A stretch of 63,521 nt of DNA, filler included, from Collodictyon triciliatum (GCA_043381765.1; 7 parts of 7 records of this genome joined end to end with filler, not necessarily neighbours in it); one strand, 5' to 3'; numbered from the whole stretch's first letter, positions 25,415 to 45,554 are shown. A program made the numbers and translations. The notes: a model not told the origin generated them from the sequence alone.

Positions 25415-27286
25415 CTAGGAGGTATCCCACGACTCGACGCTGCGCTGGAAAGGTGATGTGGCAAGATAAGTTATAGCGAAGGAGACGGCAGTTGTTTGGA
25501 GGACAAGCTTTCGGTTGAAGGGATATCGGAAGGATTTCTCAACGGGCAAGTTCACTCCAAAGAATAAGCTTTCGAATGCGCATGAGATGGATTGAGTGAA
25601 TAGCTCCACAGGGAGCTGGATGGCTATGCTGAGCCCAACTTTGTTGATGGAGTTGAATGTTTGGAATGAGTAGTAATGGCCAATAGGATGAATAAGAAAT
25701 AGAATGAAAGGAATAAATAGTATGGTGTGGATTTCATACATCGACCTGACATAAGAACGATTCGAGTAGTGCGCGAGAATAAAATTTGTCAAGTTCTCAG
25801 AGCAACCCAGATTTTGTGATAACTGCGCAACTAATTCAGTATTTTGCATTCTTTCGGTCGGGCGACAAACACATTCATTCCTTGGAAGTTTCGTTTTGAA
25901 TCTATCTCGCTTCGATGATTCTGCACCGTTTGGGAGGGTAGCAGAACTGTTGTTTGACTCTGTGTTATGGCACAATGATATGGCAATCAAAGTCTTCTTC
26001 ATGGGATACCATACCGTCTCCACAAGGAATCTCATGACTTTCATCATGAAGACTGATCGATGAATAAATGTGGCACGAATAGAAAACTCAAATACTCCTG
26101 ATATCATGGCCATAATGACTGTGTCTGATGTCTTCTCGGAATAAGTTATTATTAATCGAAGAATTGTAATAGAAACAAAAGAAGTTACATTTCCGAAGGT
26201 CATTCGGTACTTCAGATAATCCTTGGATTTATAGATCAGCATGTTGTTCTGTAAAGTGTCAACGCAATTGAAAATAAAAGGAGCTATAACAACTCGCCCA
26301 GCAATTCTGACTATGATGCTAAAGCCCATCAAGAATGGTAAAACATAGAAATTTACGATACAGTAGGTAGTTACAAATAGAATAAGGCCTTTTAAAAGGG
26401 CCATCGACGTGCCATCAGAGGTAAGAATCTGCAGTCTGTCAGCTCTCTTGTGCTTAGCAGAAGGCTGGATAATCTTGCTTTTGCCGGTGTATACTCGAAA
26501 GATAAGATAGCAGTACAAAAAGAAATTGACATAACCTGCTATTGAAAGCATAGGAACTTGGTACACCATTCTGATCGCGTTAGCTAAGATATAAACCGAA
26601 GACATTAACAAAGAATACCGAAGTATTAGAGGTCTCGGAGATTCGTTCCCAAATACATGAGTACAAATCAGAGGTATTGTATAGAACATGATGCTTGAAT
26701 ACATCGCATCTGTAATTATACTGAAATAGATCATATTTCCTCGGCTCATGTCGAAGATCCAGGTAGGACCGTATACAATGGCCATGAATAATGCAGGAAA
26801 TGATGAGAGAACAATTGAGTGATAAAGCATCCATGTAACAGAATTAATCGCATATGCTACAGAATCCCTAAAGCAGCTGGATTTGCCACCATTCTCATCG
26901 AGCGGATTTGTGCTAGCAATAATGCTCTGCCCGCTCGATGGCAGTACTTCCGTCACCCCAGATTCTTTCTGCCTGCTTTTGTGGCTTAGTTGTGAATCTT
27001 GGCCTCCATCTTCCATGATATTGACCCATGCAATGGCACGGTGCTCTTTGCGAGAATGTTTAGTTCCGGATTTGGTTCCGTTCTGGACAGTGTTATTGGT
27101 GCCACTACCTGATAGGACATTTTCTGACGGTATATAAGCATTGTGAGAGCCGTTTTCCTTCGGAACTACACTACAGATGTGATGAGTGACAGTGTCCGCC
27201 GTCGTATGAGTATTTGCCTCTTTTTCAGAAATTGAAGCGTGTTTGCTTTTGTCGTCAGGTTCGCACTTCCGCCCCGCCAGTTCCAT
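25415..27286 (-). CDS. Intronless multi-pass membrane protein (about 10 hydrophobic segments), unknown family
   Basis: Uninterrupted 623-aa ORF from ATG at 27286; about 145-aa hydrophilic N-terminus followed by clustered hydrophobic helices. Confidence 0.8.
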   Translation of the reverse strand: MELAGRKCEPDDKSKHASISEKEANTHTTADTVTHHICSVVPKENGSHNAYIPSENVLSGSGTNNTVQNGTKSGTKHSRKEHRAIAWVNIMEDGGQDSQLSHKSRQKESGVTEVLPSSGQSIIASTNPLDENGGKSSCFRDSVAYAINSVTWMLYHSIVLSSFPALFMAIVYGPTWIFDMSRGNMIYFSIITDAMYSSIMFYTIPLICTHVFGNESPRPLILRYSLLMSSVYILANAIRMVYQVPMLSIAGYVNFFLYCYLIFRVYTGKSKIIQPSAKHKRADRLQILTSDGTSMALLKGLILFVTTYCIVNFYVLPFLMGFSIIVRIAGRVVIAPFIFNCVDTLQNNMLIYKSKDYLKYRMTFGNVTSFVSITILRLIITYSEKTSDTVIMAMISGVFEFSIRATFIHRSVFMMKVMRFLVETVWYPMKKTLIAISLCHNTESNNSSATLPNGAESSKRDRFKTKLPRNECVCRPTERMQNTELVAQLSQNLGCSENLTNFILAHYSNRSYVRSMYEIHTILFIPFILFLIHPIGHYYSFQTFNSINKVGLSIAIQLPVELFTQSISCAFESLFFGVNLPVEKSFRYPFNRKLVLQTTAVSFAITYLATSPFQRSVESWDTS

Positions 27287-27781
27287 CGCCACAGTTTTCG
27301 CGCCCCTGATCGATCAAATGCTACGTGATGAAAAAAAAAATCTATTCACGGGCCGAACGTCGCATGCAGGTTTTCTAGATTTCGGTTGAACCCTTATAGA
27401 ACTAACTTGGCAAATAAAGACCGTGTCTCCTTAATGTCTGTAGAATGTTTGCTTTGTACTCTGTTATCATGTTTTGCTTTGCTGCTCTGCTGTTCTGCTG
27501 CAACTCGTATTTTCGTTCCCATATTGATTTTTCGGGCGGCTGTTTACGAAAACGTGCCTTGACACTCTATTCCAGATATGGTGATATTCATTGAATTATT
27601 TCTTAATGTGGTCGCCGGATCAAAAATCGATCAAAATTGATCAAAATCGATCAAAAAACAAAACCATTCAGAAATCGATCAGGATGCGAACAACACAGAA
27701 CCCACACAATCAAACCACAGCGAAGCAGCAGCCGTTTCCATAACTCAAGCATTTCCCAGCACCAAGCAAGAAAGGCCCGCC

Positions 27782-30601
<2,820 letters not shown>

Positions 30602-30675
30602 GTGAGTGCATATTATATTTCCCTTCAGCTAATGAACCTATAGTCTGGTCTCTTTGTTATTTATTCCCCTTTCCC

Positions 30676-30756
<81 letters not shown>

Positions 30757-31074
30757 CTTTTTCTTTTTTNNNNNNNNNNNNNNNNNNNNNNNNNNNNNNN
30801 NNNNNNNNNNNNNTTAATTAATTAANNNNNNNNNNNNNNNNNNNNNNNNNNNNNNNNNNNNNNNNNNNNAAAAATATAAAAATAAAAAAACATTAAAATA
30901 TAAAAACATAAAAATATAAAAACATTAAAACATTAAAACATTAAAACATTAAAACATTAAAACATTAAAACATTAAAACATTAAAACATTAAAACATTAA
31001 AACATTAAAACATTAAAACAATAAACAATAAAAAAAAATAGTAAAAATAAAAACATAAAAACAAACATTTCCAG

Positions 31075-32529
31075 CTCAGCGCACCCAACTCGGGACAAGA
31101 CACGGACTCCAGTAAGGAGCGCAACGTCGCAGGTCGATCTCCTCAGTTAGTTCGTGAATCCCAAAGCAGCTCAAACAACGGACCCGACATGTCTGGTTCG
31201 TTCCGTACAAACAATATTTCATCAGAGCACGATGCTGATGAAAAGGACATCCCCGATAACGAGCCGGGCGAGTTGGTCCATACAACATCATCTCCAGCTC
31301 TTCGGGCGGCTCAAAAGAATTCCTTCCGCAAGCTTTCTTCTCGGAACCCATCAAGTAAGATATAGCGACTCGCAACCATGTAAAAAAAGAAAGCATACAG
31401 GAACCAGTTATTTCTTCTCTTTTGTCAAATACGCCTGATGTAATCAGGATGGAAAATAATTATATTTGATGTCGATGAGACCGTGATTTACTTTCTTATT
31501 GTAACTTTATATTATATTATGATATATTTTATTTTATACTATATTGTATTATCGCATTTACTTTTATCAGGGTCCTCTCTAGTTTTCTTTGTTTTTAACA
31601 CAAAGGACATTTCGTGGTTAATATGTTGCATTTTCCTTTTTCTATTTAAAAACCTTTTCATTTACTTACGATTCATATATTTCTTCACTCGCTCCCAATA
31701 ATATCAAAAACAATTTTATTAATTATAACTATAATAAAAGATCAGTCCAACGTCAGTGACAGCCAGGTGGGTCTTGAAAATATCCTCTATTTTATTTCTC
31801 AAGAAAAAAAAACGTCGTTGTTTTTGTATTACATAAGATTGCATTCCAACGAATTAATTGATGCAAACTTAGTTCCTTTATTTTCAATTATATCCACCCA
31901 CGTATCTTCTACTTTGCTCATACCAAATCATCCATCACCAGAATCCTTTGAACGGCAGCCGTGTATCGCTCCACTCAAGCATCGAAGGGGCATTCGAACT
32001 TACCGACTGCGCAGAAACCCCCACAAAACGTATCGATGCGCTCACAGATACAAACAGAATAAAGTCTGAGACGGGATTCAGCACGAGCGGCAGCAGCAAC
32101 AACAGCATTCATCCAAACGTTCGCAGCTCCCACAACCGCTCGTTCGAAAACATCGGAAACCACCCGACAGGCGAATCCTTCGATTCGGACCAAATGGATG
32201 AAACTGGAGACCGACTCTTTGTGCCCCAGTCAGTTGACGACGAGTCCACAGCCGCGTCGAAAGTGCAGAATATGATTCGCGCTCAAATAGCACGAAAGAC
32301 AAACCGCTCCACTCTGGACTCGCCCAAGCCGAAGTCCATGTCGAGAGGGTCAAACTCGCCGCTGATTCAGAGCAAAGACCCGAGTCCAAACACATCCTCC
32401 TCGCGGCTGATTCCGTCTTCTCCGCAAACAGGAATTCATCAGAGAAACTTGGACACATCTGGTGCTGGCGTCGGTGTTGGTAATCTCGGCTCGTCTGGCG
32501 CTCTTTTTGCAAGCAGGTCTCATGATTGA
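31075..32529 (+). CDS. Last three exons of an unknown protein with a Ser-rich disordered C-terminus, 5' partial
   Basis: Exons 31075-31354, 31741-31766 (26-nt micro-exon) and 31942-32529 join in frame with GT-AG sites. Confidence 0.6.
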
Positions 32530-33005
32530 CCGCCAAAAGTTTAGTCAGGTGCAGATTCTGATTCCATGGTCGCGCGCCCTCCCGCACTTTATCAGTGCTA
32601 CTTAGGACGTAACCTTTTTCCCGTTTGTATCATGCCTTGATGCAACGTTTGATTTCCTTACTTTTTTTCTTCTTACACATATTCAAGTAGCTTATATATC
32701 TTTCAGTCCCCACAAAATGCATACTTTCTCTTTTTGATATGATGCCGCCTTTTATAACAAAACAGAACAAAAAGATGATGATGCTTTGCTTTCAAAAAAA
32801 AATAATAATCGATGGTCAAGCAATCGCCAAGAAAAAACATCGTTTTCACCTGCTTCATCTTTTTCTCTTTTCCAGTGAATCTTTTCGCTGTGTAGATTTA
32901 TCCATGGACTCCATCCATAAAATCATAAACAATAACTCCGCTTTTCTTGTGTTTATTTATTAATTTTATGTGATTTATATCTCCCATTCTTCAACACAAT
33001 TCAGT

Positions 33006-35961
33006 TCAAAGGGACTTGAGTTTTTGTAGGCGGGATGAGGCCAAGTCTAAAACATCGTCTCTCTTGCAGAAGGTGAATCTTGCATAACCCTGCGCAGCCT
33101 CTTGGTTTTCGGGGCTGTAAAAAGCTGATAAAAGGACAAATCAGAGAGAGGATTAAAAAAGAAAAAGAAAATAGGAAACGAAAAGAGCAAATGCGTTTGA
33201 TTAGACTCTGTCTTGTTATCATGATGTAATCGGTAGTATTGAAACAGTGATGTGTAATGATACCGCTGAGAGGGATGGCCGCAACACCGACTTCTTCGGT
33301 CAGCCATGTACAAACATTCCAATCGTGCTATGTTATGTGAGATTTAAAAGCCTTAAACTCAACAACTAATCGAAAACACATCCCTTTATGATTCGACCGA
33401 TACTTTGATGGGGCGACACGCATAATAACTGTAAACATGCATATTTGGAAATGACGATGCTTCAGTTTGGCTCACCATGTGTTTTGGATACTTGGACTGG
33501 GTCACATGAGGAAGAAGCTTGTCTGTCTTGGCCAAGACAAAATACGACCCCTATTTGCAGACAGAAACAAGCAAAATAAAAAGGAAAGAAAAAGCAAAAC
33601 GCAAAAAGCAAATGGAAAGAAAATAGAATAACATTACCAAAGGAATGGTAGGTTCAAGTCCAACATCGGAAAGAATATTAAGAAGCTTGTCCCGTCTTTT
33701 CTGGAAAGCTTTCTGGAACTCCGGAAAATAGCTATTTGCTTTACTTTGCTCAAAGGCTGTACCATATCATGAAATTCAAAAAAAAAGTTAGTCATCATCC
33801 AGTAATCCGTTTCTCGAATCCATATAACATTCCCGGTAGAATATCAGTCTTTCATCATATGACCTTACCTACAGCGACGGCTTCTTGCATGGGAGTAGTA
33901 ACGCAGAAAGGAATCCACTTATATGCGTGAGCTTCAGTGAGTAAAAAACTACCGAAATAGAATTTGTGATATTTGGGGAGCATACCTGATGAGCTAGATG
34001 CAAACTGTTCACTAGCGATTGCTCTCCCACAACCCATCCAATTTTCCAACTACGGATCGAGTAAGCAATTATTATATATATATTTTACATGGTGATGTTA
34101 ACATTTCTAGAGTGAAAATGCGGTATGGAGACGCAAAAGGAAAGGTAAAAGAGAAAGAGCAATACGAATAATTAATTAAATAAATAAATAATAAATAAAT
34201 AAATAAAAAAGGGAAAAGAGAGACAAACCCGGTGGCAGAAAAGGTTTTTCCGGCACTTCCGACATATATGGTTCGTTCCCACATTCCTGGGAGATTGATG
34301 ATGCGGTTGTGAACAGCATTCTCATAAATGAGAAATTCATAAACCTGTTGGAATATTGCGAATATGAAAGAAAAAAAGATAATATGGTTAATATGTGGTG
34401 AAAAATAATAATGATAATAATAAAAATAAAAACGTTGTGGAAAGCTAGGGAACTGGTGATTATCAAGTATTCAGGGTAAATCCCATCACTGAAATGACTA
34501 TTGTATGTGGAGATAGAAAATGGGCAAACCTCGTCTGAAAGAACTAAAAGATTGTGCTTCTTTGCAATCCGAGCTATTTCAGAGAGCTCTTCTATTGTAA
34601 ATACTTTTCCGGTAGGACTATGATTTTTTTTTATTATGATCATTGTTATTATTATTATTTTGGAAAATCCATCGTTTACCTCTTCAAAATTGTATTTACC
34701 TGCACCTTAGACATCATTTCGAGAAAATGAACAAAGAAAAGGCCAAGAATTGTTATAAAATTAACTCTTACTTGTGTGGGTTATTCACCATAATCATTTT
34801 TGTCTTATTTGTAATTGAATATTCCAGTTTTTGAATATCCAGCTTCCATCCCGACGAATGCAAAGGTGTTGTGGTGGGTGGAATCAGGGGAACTCCAACA
34901 GGTTTTCCACCCGCCATTATGACTGATGCGGGATAGCACTGCAAAAAGATTGCTCTCGGTTAGAATGGCGTTTGCTTGAATGGAAAATTTACTTTTAATA
35001 TAATTTCCTCATAACTGGTATAATAGCATATCAAAGTTGTAAGTTGACTGTAGCTTTTTTTTCCAATTTTTTTTTCCGTTTGAATGGTATATATCTGATT
35101 CAGGTCATATACTCATGATATTATAAGGCAATATGACGTACATCATAGAATGGCTCAAACATAACCACTTCATCTCCAGGATTGATAAAAGCTTGCATGG
35201 TCGAGAATATAGCTAAAAATTTTTTTTATTTAAAAAGTGTTTGTAGATTCTAGTTAATTGCAAATATTTTTGGTACTTTTATTATCGTTTTATGTCAGCA
35301 AACCGTCAGTTGCCCCAGTGAATGTCACCACGTTCTTCATGGGATCTAAGCCAGAATAGATGTGATAGAAGTGTGAATATGATGTTTAGAAACAAAAATG
35401 GATTAATTAAAATGCTTTCTAAAGAAAAAGAAAAAGAAAAATCACAATTAGTCTAGAACATCAAACAACATGATTATTAATGTATATTATCAAAGAAAAC
35501 CTAATGAATGATTAATAAGGCCCGAATAGTGTTGCGCAAGGGCGTTGCAAAGCCTGACATGTCCCTGCGAACGTGTATACTGATTGACGTTGTTATGGAT
35601 GGCCTCTTGAGCAGCCTTCTTGATAAAATCGTCAATAGGAAAGTCGGGAAAGCCTTGTCCAAGGTTAGCAGCCTGGTGCTTCAAAGCCAGCGGCGAAAAC
35701 ACCGCAAAGACAGAGTCTGAGAAAGACTGAATGCGCTGTGCCTTCCAAGCAGATGCTGCACTGGTAGAGTACAAAGCCTGCTGCGGATAATGAGAAGAAC
35801 GACCCGGTTTAGAACGCGGCGAGAAGTGACTGTTGCAACTCAAGTTCTCGAGGATTGGCTGAGTCTCTAAAGAAAGGTACTTTTTGCCCGTCCTTGAGTG
35901 AAGAAAGAGCCTTGCGAATCGACCGGCCTGCGAGAAGCCCCCTTGACAGGTGAGAAAACAT
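33006..35961 (-). CDS. KYAT: Kynurenine/glutamine aminotransferase-like (KYAT/CCBL family) with mitochondrial-type presequence, complete
   Basis: ANLGQGFPDF, NQYTRSQGH, VNNPH, PTGKVF, LVLSDEV, MWERTIYVGSAGKTFSATG|WKIGW (PLP lysine), GVAAIP, RFTFCK. N-terminus MFSHLSRGLLAGRSIRK. Confidence 0.92.
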
Positions 35962-36559
35962 CGAGACCTGCTTTGTGAGACGTTCAGCTTGGTGCCCTCT
36001 TAAAAGAAGAAAAAGAAAAAAGAAAAAAAGAAAAAAAGAAAAAAAAGAAGAAAAGAAAAAAAGAAAAAAAGGAAAAAAGAAAAAAAGAAAAAAAGAAAAA
36101 AAGAAAAAAAGAAAAAAGAAAAGAAGAAAAAAAGAAAAGAAGAAAAGAAGAAAAGAAGAAAAGAAGAAAAGAAAAAAAGAAAAAAGAAAAGAAAAAAGAA
36201 AAAAGATAAAAAAAGAAGAAAAGAAGAAAAGAAGAAAAGAAGAAAAGATAAAAAAAGAAAACATCCGATTCTATTGATTTATGAGACGAGAGGTCGCCAA
36301 CAATATCATCAAAGCGGTTTTACTGTGATTCGTGAGTGCAGCAACAATTGCGAAAAGACATGGTAAGCAACACAAACGCAATACAAATCTGACATGCGCG
36401 ATTCACAGCGTTCATGCTCTCTTTTTTTTTATTTTATGTTTTATCCTATGCGAAGTTCGGTGTTCGTTAAGCAGCGAACAAAAGAAGCTTTTCAATATCA
36501 TTGTAAAATCATCCCGACTTGATGAAAACCCTTGGTTGAGCGTCGTTGACAGGATTCTC

Positions 36560-41060
<4,501 letters not shown>

Positions 41061-41882
41061 NNNNNNNNNNNNNNNNNNNNNNNNNNNNNNNNNNNNNNNN
41101 NNNNTTAATTAATTAANNNNNNNNNNNNNNNNNNNNNNNNNNNNNNNNNNNNNNNNNNNNATTCTATTCTTCAATCAGCTATTTTAAACCAAAGCTACCC
41201 ATTCGCTGTAGGTCATTACTGCCCCCAGTCAAGTCCTGCGCCGGTGCCATGCCCTCCGGGAACTATAGGGACGGAAAGAGGGTTCTCAATTACCCAACAA
41301 TGCCAACCTTGCACACCCGGAAGCTATTGCTCGGGTTATGGCCTTACGCATCCAACTTGTACGATTTGAGCTTCTTTTTTTTATTTTTGCATCGATTGTT
41401 ATTGAAAAGTCAACCATATCTACATATGCTAATATTTCGTAGGATTATGTGCTGCTGGATACTTGTGTGCATCCGGAGCAACAATACCCCAGCCTGAAAC
41501 ACTATCTAGGAACAGGCAAGTTTCTCATCCACTAGACACCGAGGGGAAAATGACCAACAATTTCTTTTACTTCAAATACAGCTTCCTTCCAAATTCTGGC
41601 CTCCTCTAACTAGATTCTATTTCTCTTATAAACTCACCAAATATTTTTCTCTCATCAAAATAACTTTCTGCAAGTATGATTCGAGCTAACAGCATCCAAA
41701 TTTAAGCTCAATTAGCGGCCCTTGTCCTGCAGGAAATTACTGCCCTGAAGGAAGTCCACATCCAGTCCCTTGCCCGGCTGGGTCATATACAACATCAAAC
41801 AAATCAACAGTTTGTCTAGTATGTCGTCCTGGGTTCTATTGCCCACATAGAAACTGATAACCCAACAAAATACCCATGCCCA

Positions 41883-44800
41883 ATGGGATATTACTGCCCA
41901 GCAGGAACAGCATCATCAACGCAGTACCCATGTCCGGCAGGAACTTATAACCCCTACCAAAAACAAACCCAGTGTTACTCATGTTCTCCGGGGCGATACT
42001 GCGCATCCTCTTCAACATCTTCCGTAACAGGATTGTGTAAAGCTGGATATTATTGCACGTACAATTCCACCACTCAATTTGGAGGCAACACAGAAAGAGA
42101 ATCGACGCCCTGCCAAGAAGGATATTATTGTGAGGAGGGAACCGAACTCCGTATCCCTTGCCCTGTTGGGACTTACAATCCATCAAAAGGTGCTGGTTCA
42201 TCTGATTCTTGCCTACCTTGCCCAGCAGGTTTCTTCTGTGCCATCACAGGATTGTCATCACCAAGCGGGCCATGTGAAGGTGGATACTTCTGCCCACAAG
42301 GAACACAATCAGCTAATTCCACCCTGAATATATGTCCCGAAGGCCATTATTGCCCTGTGGGTTCCTCTCAAATCACAAAATGTCCCATAGGAACATACCA
42401 AGACCAAAAGCGATCTGCGGAATGCAAAAAATGTCCAGCAGGATACTACTGTGATGAAGTCGCCTTAACTGAATTTAAACTTAAGGTGTGCCCCAGCGCT
42501 TCTTACTGCCCGCCAGGCACCGAACGCTCCAACCAATACCTGTGCCCCATAGGCACATACTCTAATTTAACGGGTGGTCGAGATGCATCCATATGTTCCC
42601 CATGTGAACCTGGCCATTACTGCGATAAAAGTGGGCTGACATCACATGCAGATGATAGGAAATGCGAGTCTGGTTACTATTGTGTTTCTGGTTCACCAAC
42701 GAAAACCCCTATTCAAACCACTTTATCCGGAGGATTGTGTCCAAAAGGATATTATTGCCCAGAAGGGTCATCCTATCCACCGACGATCTGCCCGAAGGGC
42801 CGTTTTTCGATATCAGTTGGGGCCAAATCAGAATCAGATTGTATTGGGTGTCCACCGGGAAGATATTGTGATGGATCGAATTACCTCATCACTGAAGCCC
42901 CAAAGTGCTCGGAGGGCTATGTTTGTCGTGGAAATGCAACAGTATCCAACCCAACAGACAAAATTACAGGATATGAGTGTCCCGCTGGGACATACTGCCC
43001 TTCTGGGTCATATTTAGAAACTCCATGTGAACCAGGAAGATGGAATCCAAATCGAGGAAAAGGAACATGCGAAAATTGCCCTGCAGGATTCTTTTGCAAT
43101 CGGATTAGAGTCATTGAACCAGATATATGTCCTCCCGGGTTCTTTTGTACAAGCGGACTTCGAAATCCTCTTCCGTGCCCTGCAGGGTCCTACGGTACTC
43201 TAAGCGGGGCCACATCGCATAATAACTGCACCCGATGCCCAGCTGGCAAATATTGCATCGGAGATGGGTCTACTTCCCCATCTGGTGAATGCGAGGCTGG
43301 TTACATTTGCTACTCTGGGTCAGGTTCTTCCACGCCCACATCAAGAGATCCAGGAAATGTTTTGGCTGATTCTAATCGAAAGAATGGACTATGTCCCACA
43401 GGTTACTACTGCCAAAAAGCAACCATCACTCCTCAGCAATGTCCTCCAGGAACTTTATTGAGCCCGTTCGGCTCCAGAGATGTTTCTGATTGTCAGTTAT
43501 GTACACCTGGATTTTATTGTTCTGAAGGGGGACAGAAATCACCATCAGGTCGCTGTCCCGCTGGTTACTTCTGCCCTCAAGGGACGGCGTCACCCTCAGG
43601 GAACCCGTGTCCAGTTTCTCACTTTTGCCCTGTTGGCTCATCAGTTCCAACACCTTGCTTCCAAGGGACTTACCAAAACAAAACACGGCAACTCGATTGC
43701 GCAAAATGCCCTGCAGGATTCTATTGCCCCTTAACAGAAATGAACACACCAGTTGTTTGTCCAGTTGGATTTTATTGCCCGGAGTCGTCCGTCGAACCAA
43801 TCATGTGCCCACCTGGCACTTTTTCAAGAACCAACCAAATTGCCAATGCATCATCATGTATTTCATGTCCTCCTGGCAAATTTTGTACTGGAGGTTCAGT
43901 CACTGGTTCGTGTAGTGGTGGTTACTATTGCAAAGGAGCAAGTCCAACAGCAACCCCGTCCGATGACTCAATATTATCTCAAAATGGCCCGTGCCCTCCT
44001 GGCTACTTCTGCCCTGATGGCTCATCTCAACCGCTCTCATGTCCAGAACATTTGTTTACATTCTATTTTGGAGCTGCAAATATGAGTGAGTGCTTACCAT
44101 GTCCCCCTGGCTATGAATGCAGCAAAAGGCAGATATTTACAAAGCCATGCAGACCTGGATATTTTTGTGAGTCCAGGAACGACCCAACCCCATGTCCTGC
44201 TGGAACTTTTCAAGACTCTGTCCAGTCTTCTTCTATTGGAGACTGCAATGATTGTCCAGTAGGATTCTTTTGCAATCGGACTGGGGTCATCATACCGGCT
44301 GCATGTCCACCTGGGTTCTACTGTCCTATTCGGTCAGTAACACCACTTCCTTGTCCTGCAGGAACTTACCTTGATTCACCATTTGGATACTCTGAGTCAG
44401 ACTGCGCAGAATGCTCTGGTGGGACGCTTTGTCCACCCGGAAGTTCATATGCCGAGAATTGCCCTGTAGGGTATTATTGCCCTCCCGGAGTTACTAGCCC
44501 CATCTCTTGCTCCCCAGGATATTTCTGCCCAGGCGGGATTACAAATTGTAATCCTAACATGGTTGGGCTTTGCCCATGTCAGGAGGGGCATTACTGTCCG
44601 GCATCCACTAACGTGCAAATATCTTGTCCTCAATACCACTATTGCCCCCCTAAAACAGCCTATCCGATTCCATGTCCCAGGGGATCTATCGGTCTAAATA
44701 CTACCTCCAGAATTTCTTTCGAGGATGCCTGTGAATATTGTCCGGCCGGATTCTATTCAGATAGACCCAGCTCAGACAAGTGTACCAAATGCCCTCCAGG

Positions 44801-45554
44801 TTATGTATGTTTAGAAGGTACATCTTCGTCACAACCTACGTCACTGTCTACGGACAACGGATTCTTATGTCCGGAAGGATATTACTGCCCGATGGGAAGT
44901 TCGCAACCTATCCCCTGCCCAGTAGGGACACATAACCCAAGGACAGGACAAGACGATGCGAGTGCATGTGATGCATGTAATGAGAATAGCTTCAATCCCT
45001 ATATCGGACAGCGTAAATGTTTCCCCTGCGGCGCTTCTTCTGTTTCAACCCCTGGCTCTTCTACATGCTCATGTATTGGAAAATATCGTGCATATCAACC
45101 ATCAGATCAATCGTGCATTTGCGTGGCCGGGTATGAATTTTATGACGCGAATATAGTCCTGTCTACTGGCGATGGAACTGTAGACTGCCAACCTGTTGTC
45201 TTGAATAGATGCGGGTCTAATGAGGTTCGGCTATCTTCAGGGCTATGTGTTACATATTCAGACAGCTCATGCAACCAATTTTGTCCAAGCGGCGGAACAT
45301 TAAACGCTGATTTAGGCGTATGCACATGCCATAATAATCCCACTGTGGATTCTATATGCAATGCAGCCTGTCGAATGAAGCAAACAAGTTTGAGTGTCAG
45401 CGGAAATATGCTGTCAGTCATCGATCCAAAGACGGGAGAAGTCCTTAACTCCAATTTATTCAATACCAGCTGGATCGATACCAGTTTGAATTGCTCTGAC
45501 GCCACGGTTGGCTCAGCTTGTCGAGTTCAATACATTCAAATGGGCAACCTTTGA
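41883..45554 (+). CDS. N-terminal fragment ORF (1223 aa) of the Cys-repeat protein, terminated by the insertion
   Basis: Open frame of tandem Cys repeats ending QYIQMGNL-stop; the stop lies inside the inserted element. Confidence 0.7.
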   Translation: MGYYCPAGTASSTQYPCPAGTYNPYQKQTQCYSCSPGRYCASSSTSSVTGLCKAGYYCTYNSTTQFGGNTERESTPCQEGYYCEEGTELRIPCPVGTYNPSKGAGSSDSCLPCPAGFFCAITGLSSPSGPCEGGYFCPQGTQSANSTLNICPEGHYCPVGSSQITKCPIGTYQDQKRSAECKKCPAGYYCDEVALTEFKLKVCPSASYCPPGTERSNQYLCPIGTYSNLTGGRDASICSPCEPGHYCDKSGLTSHADDRKCESGYYCVSGSPTKTPIQTTLSGGLCPKGYYCPEGSSYPPTICPKGRFSISVGAKSESDCIGCPPGRYCDGSNYLITEAPKCSEGYVCRGNATVSNPTDKITGYECPAGTYCPSGSYLETPCEPGRWNPNRGKGTCENCPAGFFCNRIRVIEPDICPPGFFCTSGLRNPLPCPAGSYGTLSGATSHNNCTRCPAGKYCIGDGSTSPSGECEAGYICYSGSGSSTPTSRDPGNVLADSNRKNGLCPTGYYCQKATITPQQCPPGTLLSPFGSRDVSDCQLCTPGFYCSEGGQKSPSGRCPAGYFCPQGTASPSGNPCPVSHFCPVGSSVPTPCFQGTYQNKTRQLDCAKCPAGFYCPLTEMNTPVVCPVGFYCPESSVEPIMCPPGTFSRTNQIANASSCISCPPGKFCTGGSVTGSCSGGYYCKGASPTATPSDDSILSQNGPCPPGYFCPDGSSQPLSCPEHLFTFYFGAANMSECLPCPPGYECSKRQIFTKPCRPGYFCESRNDPTPCPAGTFQDSVQSSSIGDCNDCPVGFFCNRTGVIIPAACPPGFYCPIRSVTPLPCPAGTYLDSPFGYSESDCAECSGGTLCPPGSSYAENCPVGYYCPPGVTSPISCSPGYFCPGGITNCNPNMVGLCPCQEGHYCPASTNVQISCPQYHYCPPKTAYPIPCPRGSIGLNTTSRISFEDACEYCPAGFYSDRPSSDKCTKCPPGYVCLEGTSSSQPTSLSTDNGFLCPEGYYCPMGSSQPIPCPVGTHNPRTGQDDASACDACNENSFNPYIGQRKCFPCGASSVSTPGSSTCSCIGKYRAYQPSDQSCICVAGYEFYDANIVLSTGDGTVDCQPVVLNRCGSNEVRLSSGLCVTYSDSSCNQFCPSGGTLNADLGVCTCHNNPTVDSICNAACRMKQTSLSVSGNMLSVIDPKTGEVLNSNLFNTSWIDTSLNCSDATVGSACRVQYIQMGNL

